Positions 53,554 to 64,000 of a stretch of DNA of 64,000 nucleotides are shown here, one piece after another. Below the pieces are notes generated by a model. The model saw nothing but the letters and a program-made list of their open reading frames with translations, was not told the DNA's origin and searched no databases. Source of the DNA: Eledone cirrhosa (taxonomy: Eukaryota); contig CAXHJY010000912.1 of assembly GCA_964016885.1 (NCBI GenBank), forward strand, positions 77,216-141,215, read 5' to 3'. Position 1 is the stretch's first letter. The number at the start of each line of letters is the position of its first letter. The position numbers and the translations under genes were made by a program.

Positions 53554-54660
53554 TTGGTGACGGTGGAGGAATAAGTCATAAGTCATGCGAGGTATGGTTG
53601 GTTGGCAGAGCACACGGAAATATGCTGCTTGTGAGATTATGGTTAGCAAAATTAGTTGGAAGTGAACGGGTACAGTTAGTTCAATGGTGCATATGAAACT
53701 TGCAGGGGAGCTTTCTGGTCTATCTGCTTGCATTTCCTAATGATACATGCAGTTGTCATAGCTGAAGCTAAGTCACTGAAGCTTGACTTGCAGTCAGAGA
53801 GCTACGTTGCGACTGCTGGTGAATATATTACAATATCCTTCTCACATTCTGTAAAGAGAGAGCTCTCAATTGCTTCAATGGAATTTTTGGTTACATAGAA
53901 ACAAGAGAAGTAGATTGGACATGAAAATTGCAATAACAGATTGGGTCTTCCCTCAGTTTTGACAATGAACATCAAGTTGTTTGATCAATTGAGTGTCAGT
54001 CTCGTTTAGTGTTAATGCCACACACAACAAATAAAGGAATGTGCCATGAGAAAATGTACCTGGTACACACCATAAAGTGATTGGCATTAGGGGAAGGGCT
54101 TCCAGTCATAGAAATGATGGCGAAAAGGAAGATATGAGCAAGACACAGTCATCTGACCAGCTTATCTAGCCTGAGAGCATGACAACCAGTCTAAACCATG
54201 CAAGCCTGGAAAATAGTGTAAAACATTGATACTGATGATGATGATGTAAGCAGTTGAATGTCCCAGGCACATGTACAATCTCTAGGTAGAATTAGTATAA
54301 TACTGGGGTGAAAAAGAGAGAGAGAAGGCTAAACCTTTGAATTACAAATACAATCCATCCAAAGGGCTTCCATATAATCTCCACATATCCAATCTCTCTC
54401 ATAAAGTAAAATACACATGCTGAAATTGCTATGCAGTGAGATCAAACCCAGAACACTATGATTGTGAAACAAACAATTTAACCAACAAGCCAAGCCTACA
54501 TTCCAAAGAGACTTTCAAATAGACACACAAAAAAAGTCAAATTTTAGTTTTGTCATAATCAAGCATTCAGTAATACACTGGGAAATTGCTGGCCTTGTGC
54601 CTAACGTAGAAACAATTATGACATGAGACTGTTTGTTTCTTCCACCACTCCTTCCCTTTC

Positions 54661-54730
<70 letters not shown>

Positions 54731-55191
54731 TGCGTGTGTGTGTGCGCGTGTGTGTGCGCGCGTGTGTACTTCTAGGGTGTATGTATACATAAAATCAAAT
54801 TCCCATTAAAAAAAAAAAGAAGAAAAAAAGGGAGAAAAGAAGTAAAAGTAATTATAATAATGTATTGATTAGTTTTACAAGGAAATTCATTCATTGTTTT
54901 GTGGTGATGCAAGTGATTGTAATAGTGGTGAAAGTGGTTTGTATACAAATTATAAAAACCCGCTAGTTTATTAGTTAAGATGTGATAGGAATCTTACAAA
55001 CATAGTCTACTAGAAAACAATAGCGATATTATTTAGTGTAAAAGTGAGGTCAAAAACTTGTGATAAAGAAATTAGACCTTCGAAAGTTGTTGAGTTTTTA
55101 ATTACAGAGGAAATGATGCAGAATTACATACAATAATACAACACAGTAAGGGTTATATATATAGATTCACAGATCCACACAATAGCGCGCG

Positions 55192-55239
<48 letters not shown>

Positions 55240-55335
55240 TGGAGTGAGAGAGAGAGAAATATACATACATGTGAGTGTGCATGTATACACACACACACAT
55301 ACATACATGTGTGTGTATATACACACATACATGTG

Positions 55336-55378
<43 letters not shown>

Positions 55379-55699
55379 GGGTGTATACATACATGTGTGA
55401 GTGTCTGCATATATAAAAACATATATATATGCTATTGTGTGGATCTGTGAATCACTTTGTAAGTTATGTTGATGAGAATGATGATGATGATGGTGATGGT
55501 GATGGTGATATTGGTGATATTGGTGGCAGCCTTTGCAATATTATAATTGTAAATAAAGGGATTATAATGGATGTGGTGGTGGAGGAGCTGAAGGTAGTGG
55601 TGCCAACATTACTAGCCATAATGGTTATAAAAAGTTAAGAAACTATTTAATATAGTTTAGCAATTAAAATTTAAAATGGGGCTAACAAAATATCCGAAA

Positions 55700-56135
55700 C
55701 ACTTGTTCTGCAGTACATGATCAATTACGCCCCTTTATAGTCTGAGTTCAAATCCCGCTGAGGTTAACTTTGCCTTTCATCCTTACGGGGTCGATAAAAT
55801 AAAGTACTGGAATAATTGCTGGCCTTTGTGCCAAAAGTAGAATCAATTATTAGGTGGCATATAGGGCAGTGGATTGGCAGAGTCAGTAGAGTGTCGGACA
55901 GTATGGTTTACGATATAGAGTTGCAACCCCTTTTATGTTCTGAGTTCAAATCCCGCCACAGTTAGCTTTGCCTTTCATTCTTACAGAGTTGATAAAATAA
56001 AGCACCAGTAATGTACTGAGGTTGATTTAATCGACTTTCCCCTTCCCTAAATTTATTGGCCTTGTGCCTAAAGTAGAATCAATTATTAGGTGGCAAATAG
56101 GGTGGTGTATTGGCAGAATCGGTAAAGCATCAGAC
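55700..56135 (+). mobile_element. Head-to-tail multimer of family A SINE
   Basis: Three units joined by the same spacer AGAATCAATTATTAGGTGGCAWATAGGG. Confidence 0.85.
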
Positions 56136-56724
56136 ATGTTTTATGCCCACCAATGAATACAATAATAAATATAGAGTAATGTAAATGCTAAAGGGTTAAA
56201 GTAATCAGTTTTGTATCATAGAAACAGGGACAATTTGGTATAAGGAGGCTGAAAACATTATATGGAGTAGGATATAGGTAAAATGTTACAACAGTTCAAG
56301 AGAGCTTTCTTTCTTTTCCATATAAAAATGTTTGTGGTAATTTTGGGATACAATATCATATATAAATATTTAACTTTTAAAGATAAAATATCTAACTACT
56401 ATATACCACATGGTATGTATTAAAATGTTGGTAACACACACTAACACACAAATGTAGAATACACACACACACACAGTCAGAGATAACTTCCCACTCTCAT
56501 TCACTAACTCAGTCATACCATTTCCCTCATTATATTTTCTAAGTGTTACACATCCACACATGTAGTATATCAAAGCAGCTTTTTGTTTTTATTAACAACA
56601 GGAAGTGCTAAATGCACTACTTATTGTTAATAATTTTGGTGTAAAACAAAATTGCTTGTGTATTTTGTTGGCCTTACAACGACAGACAGACTTATGTAAT
56701 TCAAAACTTTAAAAGGATTCTCTA

Positions 56725-56768
<44 letters not shown>

Positions 56769-56779
56769 TGGAGCGAGAG

Positions 56780-56838
<59 letters not shown>

Positions 56839-57309
56839 ATAATACATTTTAATAGTTGCTGGCTTTTTGTTGTTTTAATCTGCCATCTCCATCCTACAAT
56901 ACATCAGCTGTTGAAAACAACAATAGCAAAACAAACTTACAGCCTTTATCAATCTGTGTATGAACCACAGAAAAAGGACCACAAAAAATGGGTTACATGT
57001 ATGTATATGCATGCGCTCACGCATTTGGTTAAATATATGGAAGTGAAACAATCTTATTTATACCAGAAACTAAACATTTCTATAAGCCAGTGGTTGGGTT
57101 GGGAGATTTATTTTGTCACAGAAACTTTACATGATATGCCTATACTTATACTTTATATACAACACCCACTTTAATAAGACATTAAATGAAACAAAAATTG
57201 TTTTAGATAGAGAATTTATTCATATTAAAAAAAATAAATAAATAAAAACACACAGAAGCCAATACAGCTTAGCACCAGTGTCATCAGAACTACATATTTC
57301 TAGCCGAGT

Positions 57310-57540
57310 AGACAGGAGCAATGTGAAATATGAAGTGTCTTGCTCAAGGATGCAATGTACTACCTAGTTCAAGAATTGAACTCACAACATTATGATTGTG
57401 AGCTCACCACGTACATTCACACACATATAGATATTAAAGTAGACTGGAGCCATATAAAATATAAAGTGTCTTGCTCAAGGATGCAATGTGCCACTTGGTT
57501 CAAGAATTGAACTCACAATTCTATGATTGTGATCTCAGCA
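57310..57540 (-). mobile_element. Tandemly duplicated family B SINE 5' fragment
   Basis: AAGTGTCTTGCTCAAGGATGCAATGT...TTCAAGAATTGAACTCACAA occurs twice about 130 bp apart. Confidence 0.75.
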
Positions 57541-57808
57541 TATATAGATATTAAATATTTTAGCAAACCATGTAGCCGTCCGAGATATTGCAAACTAAAA
57601 ACTAGTTATGTAACGAAGTACTAATAATTAATAACCAGTTACAATTATAAAAATTTGCCAATGTCTGCCCAGATAATCAATCTCACATACATCCATACAT
57701 AGATATATAGATACACACATACATTGCATGCATATATACATACACACACACACAAGTGTGCCAAATAGAACATGCTGATGATGGATGATACAACAGAACT
57801 TTGAAAAC

Positions 57809-57908
<100 letters not shown>

Positions 57909-59469
57909 CGTGTGTGTGTGTGCGTGCGTGTGTGTGTGTGTGTGCGCGCGCGTGCGTGTGTCCATCTTTATGTTCACAGTCCTTAAAAATAGTGCAGTTT
58001 GTTTTTGTCTTCTAACACAGCAGGTTGACAGGGATCGATCAAAAATATATATCAAAGTTAAAACTGGGGATTGTATGATCTGATCGAATAGGCTGTTAAA
58101 AATGGTCTCCCAGGATGGTTGCAGTTAAAAAAACTGAAACTAGTAAAAGAATAAAGAGTAAAAGGATGTGTATGTATGAGTGTTGCCCATGATCAGGCAC
58201 TCACTCATTGTTAACCAGTTAACTTGTCAAGAAATACTTCTTTTTTTTTTTTTGTGTGTGTTTTGTGTTTTTTATTATCCTGTAGGAGATGACACCAAGA
58301 AACAGCTAATTCAGCTTATCAAAACCAGGCTGGTAACATAAAAAACAAACTATAAAAATACTGAGAAAGCCATAGTAATTAAGTTTGTTGATGCTCACCT
58401 TTCAATCTGTAGTAGTTAGTGATTAACTACTGATAAAATGGTAGACAACAACACTTGAAGTAGTCAGAAACATTATATTACCATTATAGAAGAAACAGTT
58501 AGTTGTTCTATTGGTATTATATACAAACTAACTGTAATAAATGTATCTTATCTTTGTATGTGAGTATACAAAATATTATGTAGAAAGAAAAAAAGGAATA
58601 TGCATGAGTGTGTGAGTAATCATCATCACCACTTAACACATGCAGTTAGGCAGGTTGTGTGCTGCGGTCGGACGGCCAGGTGACCAGGTCCTGCTAAAAC
58701 ACTCCATTTTGGCTTGGTTTCTATGGCCGGATGCCCTTCCTAATATCAGGAGAGGGAGAGCGAGAGAATATACATTCTTTACAGAAGTCCGTCCACATAC
58801 ACACACATTCAGGTTCTCATACTAGAAGCAAAGCTTGCAATTTAGCCTCAAATCATGTTGGATCAATCAGAGATTCATGACCAAAAATATTCAGATCATG
58901 ACCATGACAAATTGTATTTTCAGATATAGTATGTCCTCCCTTCTTTTAAGATGGTAGGGTGAGATTTAAGGAAGATTTTAAGCTGCCATTTCTAGCTGGT
59001 CAACTGACCATGTACTTGTTAATTCCTTGTTTAAGCAAACGATATCATAGCCCAGTTCATCCCAAAATTATTAGGTCGTCAAGTATAAAATTTGCAGAAA
59101 TTTGTAGGAAAAAAAACATATTTCTACAAATTTCATACTTGATGGCCCAATATTTTGTGATGAAATGTTAATTCTAATAAGATATTAAATAAAACAAAAA
59201 AGTCATTTTTCCATGCTTGCATAGATTATATACATAACTGATATGTTATAATATATATAATTGATGTATATTATAGTGGTAGTAACACAAAAAAAAAAAA
59301 ACCAATACAAACCATGAAGTGCTTGGTGTTTGCAAGGAAATCCAGCCATAGAAACCATGATAAAATGCAACATATAAGCTAGATAGTCATCTGACCTGTC
59401 TGTCTAGCCCCCAAGAACATGACAACCCATCTAAATAGACAAAATAGTGAAGATGTCATATATATTTAA

Positions 59470-59656
59470 TCCTTTAGCAATTACATTACTCTGTATATAC
59501 TATTGTATTTTCAAGGTAAAAAGGCTTTACCTCATATAATATCGAATCTATGAGATTTGACATTATTTATTTTGAGAACAACTCCTTAAAGTCTGTATTG
59601 AACAGAAAGAGGTGAGATAATTCTGGCCGGATACGGTTGGATGAAATGCTAAAGGG
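59470..59656. mobile_element. piggyBac-type MITE
   Basis: TTAA-TCCTTTAGCAATT ... AAATGCTAAAGGG-TTAA. Confidence 0.85.
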
Positions 59657-60047
59657 TTAAAATAACATAAAATGGATTTTTATTAAATTTCATTAAAAAA
59701 AAAAAAAAAAACTTAATCTGATAGAACACCAGAAATTTGTTTGTGGAACCATGTTCTGGAAATCACTACTATACCAGTAGAACTGCACTAGTTTCAACAA
59801 GAACAGTTACTACCAAGAGCACCAACGCAGTTATCGTTTGTGAGGAGATATACTTAGTCCCATTAAATATAATTACATAAATTGTTTCTCGTTTCCTTAA
59901 ATAGAAAGAAGAGCAACATAACAGAAGAGATTAAGGAGAAAAATATCTTATATCTTGCTACAAGAAGCATCTAAATGATCTTCCTGTTTTACTGTCCTCA
60001 ATGAATTGCAGCTTTTTATCTAAGCAAATTTTATACACACACGCATG

Positions 60048-60153
<106 letters not shown>

Positions 60154-60782
60154 TGTGTGTGTGTGTGTCTGTCTGTCTCTGTGTGTGTGTGTGTGTGTAT
60201 ATGTGTGATTTTATATGAGAAAACCCACCCTGGTACATAAAAATAAGAACAAAAAGGCAAATATCTCAATTTAAAAGAGAAAAAAAGGTTTGTTGTTATA
60301 ACAAAAGGTAATCTGGTCATGCACTGAAAAATTCCATGTTTGTACACAACAAGTGTAATAATCCCTCAGCATTAATTGAAAGAAACAAAACAAAATAACA
60401 ACACAATTTAAATAAATGGGATAAGTCCATTATTTCTTAAACCTATTTGATATATGAATACATTTGTATTCTCTATAATGTACTAGTAATCAATTGGTTA
60501 TTGATCTAATATGTTAGTAGCCAACTGTATCTTTTTTAAAGATTTTGCTTTTGTTTTAAATATAGGGTAGCAATAGTGAATGGCAGTCTGGATAGCTAGC
60601 AAACCACCTACTCATCAGATACCAATATTAAATTAATTGTTTTTACATTAACACTCAAACAAAACAAACACTATGTTGGCTTACTTTATAGGAGGTTCTG
60701 TATGTGAAGGCCCATAGTTTAGTGGTTAGGGTGTTTGGCTCACTTTATTTTATGTTGCGCCAGTCTACTCAGCTGGCAAAAA

Positions 60783-60995
60783 TTAGCATTTAAACCAGCC
60801 ATATCTGGCCAGAATTCTCTCACCTCTTTCTGTTCAAACTGCCCATAACTGGCCACTCATACTGATGTTAAGGTATTGCTCTCAAAATAAATAACATCAA
60901 AATCTCATAGATTCGATATTATGTGAGATAGTTATGTAAGATAAAGCCTTTACTACAAAAATACAATATTATAGAGTAAAGTAAATGCTAAAGGG
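60783..60995. mobile_element. piggyBac-type MITE (left end clipped) nested in a family B SINE
   Basis: High similarity to 34269-34489; SINE sequence on both sides (about 60706-60782 and 61000-61055). Confidence 0.8.
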
Positions 60996-61953
60996 TTAAT
61001 TCAAAGTGGGCATATTTGTGGAATGCTCAGTCTCTTGCACATTAATTTCACAAGTCTGGATCTCAGGATGCTGAACCGCACAAAAGAGATGATGAAAGTG
61101 ACAAAAGAGAGAGTACTGCACTCAAGAGGGTTTTTCTAAATTACGCAAGTCTGGATTAGTGTCATCACTGTCACCATCATTACCATGACCAAGACAACCA
61201 CAATCACCATTAATATCATTATGATGATGATGATCATCATCATCATGATCCTCAATTATCACCATTAAGATCATCAATCATAATCATTACCATCATTATC
61301 AGATTAAAACAACAACCCTCAAATCATATTACTAAACAGAACTTATTCTTACTCTCATTGCCGAATGACACATATCAGTATCCAGTGTATGCTATTCTTA
61401 TATGCCAAGATAAAAACAAGAATACGTAAGGAATATAGGAAGAAATTAATCAATCATATGTTGATTCATTCCTTCCTCCCCACATTTACCTCCTCACTAT
61501 AATAAAGAATGAATATCACAAATTGCTTGCCAGGAGCAAATATAAATCTACTTCTATCCTCCAGCATCAATTTCCATTATATATATATACAAACGTACAC
61601 ACACAAATGTTAGTTCATTTTCAGCTTCCTTGCATTATGTGCATGTACACTAGCACTCACATACATATATACACACAGACACAGAAATGTCCATTCACTT
61701 TCAGCATCCTTGCATTATGTGTGTGTATGTGCACACACACATACACACACAGAGATGCCTTAATCATAGTAACCAATTTGCAAATCTACAAGCCGTATAT
61801 TAATTTAGAACCAATACTAGTTGGTCATACAATAAATAATAAAAAAAACTCTCCCATTTATAGAAAGACAGTTAATAATAACCGAACGAACACTATGATA
61901 AAACAAAAACAAAAAACACATACATCAATATATTTGTCATGGTTTTAAAAGCT

Positions 61954-62027
<74 letters not shown>

Positions 62028-62778
62028 TAGAGAGAGAGTGAGAGAGAGCTAGAGAGAGAGTGAGAGAGTGACAGTGAGAGAGTGACATAGTGAGAGAGTG
62101 ACAGTGAGAGAGTGACAGAGAGAGAGGGAATGAATGAAGTGCCATAAATAATAGACCACTTACAACATGTTAGGGTTCATAACTGCACAGGTTTTTTTTT
62201 AAAGATACACAAAGAAAAAAAAAATTTGAATTTACAGTTCACACCTATTCACGTTTAGCTACCCTCCTACGTGTTTGCATCTCATAGGAGGTTTTTTTGC
62301 ATGTTTTGATGTTAGGGGTGCATAGTCCAACAATGACCAGGAATCAAAGTTCTCATCTTATGACTGTGACGACTAAGCCATGTACCTGAACAGTTTTAGC
62401 CAGCCTCCTGTGAGGTTGCATCATATAGGTAGGTTTTGGTATGTTTTAATGATAGGAGGATCCTAGGTCTATATCCCTGTCCAACTTTTTTTACAAGAGT
62501 TCTGCAAATCCACCCATCAATTGGTAGTTTATTGACCTCAGAAAAACATGAAAAGCAAATTCAAAGTCAACGATAGCAGGATTTGAACTCAATGCACAAA
62601 GAACCAGAACTAATTTCACAGGTCATTTTACTCCAACACTCCCATAACTGCATGTAAAGCCAATTTGGAGAAAGGGAGGGAAAGGAAAAGTCAGTGGTGG
62701 TGGAAGGTCAAGAGAAAAATTAAAGTAATTGTTTTGTATTTCCTAGGAAACAACTTACAAGGCTTAACATCAGTTGTT

Positions 62779-62913
<135 letters not shown>

Positions 62914-64000
62914 TAAATGATCTGATATATTTTACAAAAATAGTCTGGAGAGAAAATAGTCAATGTATAATGAAATCTTGCAAAGCTTTCAGAACCATTT
63001 GAACAATATCTATAAGGATATGTTTAGTGTGTGTGTGCGTGCATGCACACGAGTGAGAGAGAGATTATAGCATTCACCCAAGATGGGTTGAAACCAACTC
63101 CCCACAAACAGAGAGCCGACTAGTAGACATTCAACGGAAAGATCATCAACCAGTTAAGATTCTAACGGCACTACAGCATCCACACCACACATAATGAAGA
63201 CCAGATATTAATTCAAAATCCAAACTTTATGAAAAATGGAAGACAATGTAAGAATATTATAAGATATAATGATAAGAAACTGAGTGATGAAGATCGAGAT
63301 ATTTTGCAATTAAAAAACTGAGAAGTAAGACATCTGAAAACCAAAAAGAATGGCGCCGATTGTCAGATCAGACCAAGGAAACAATGTTTTTAATTGGTCT
63401 TTCTTTTGTTGCTATTATCTGCCAGTCAAATCTACCAGCAGGAGGAGGTGGGATTTGAACTCGGAACCAGATGTCATATACCAACCACAAAAGCATCCTG
63501 TCCTACTCTAACAATTCCATCAATCTACAACCACCACCCTCATCTCAAGTCTGGTACTTTATTGACCTCAATAGGGATAAAACGGCAAAATTGACTTCAG
63601 TGGGGTTTGAACTTAGATCACAGTGATGCCAGAACAAATATTAAGGTATTTAATCCACTGTTCTAAAGACTGCCAATTTGGAGAGAAAAATTGGATAAAG
63701 TTAAAAGACTGAAACAAGTTTATTTATTTAGCAGACCAATTCTAGTAAAATATGGAAAAACAATACATCACAAGTTCATTGAAAGATATTGAGCATCCAA
63801 GGATAGATCCTGGAAAAGAACTTTCACAAGCGTATCGTAAAATGATTCAGTGGCTGCTGATTCTAGTTCACAAAACAACAGGAAATGCTCCTGTGCGTGG
63901 CCACTTTTCGATACATATCGCAGTGACACAGAGCATTGATCCTGATGCGAAATGTCTATTGTGGAATCGACGATGGGATATAATTGTGTGGGTAAGGTGT

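Overview
AT-rich, repeat-dense eukaryotic DNA, most likely a coleoid cephalopod (Octopus-like), judged from the SINE families and extreme microsatellite load. No intact long protein-coding ORF, rRNA, true tRNA or CRISPR array is visible; nearly all ORF-track entries are microsatellite or repeat artefacts. The window holds many tRNA-derived SINEs, RTE, CR1 and Penelope fragments, Tc1/mariner remnants and MITEs, TTAA-flanked piggyBac-type MITEs and two minisatellites. Main observations: (1) a 346-bp loopless palindrome (13855-14200) whose arms each carry a minimal type I hammerhead ribozyme, with an intact core on the minus strand, plus two further fold-back elements of similar design (22324-22493, 22517-22821), best read as inverted Penelope-like terminal repeats; (2) four short inverted duplications centred on self-complementary microsatellites; (3) a tentative set of minus-strand micro-exon candidates, suggesting the window lies in introns of a large minus-strand gene. 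Boundaries of degenerate repeats are approximate and all family assignments are from motif recognition by eye, not database search.
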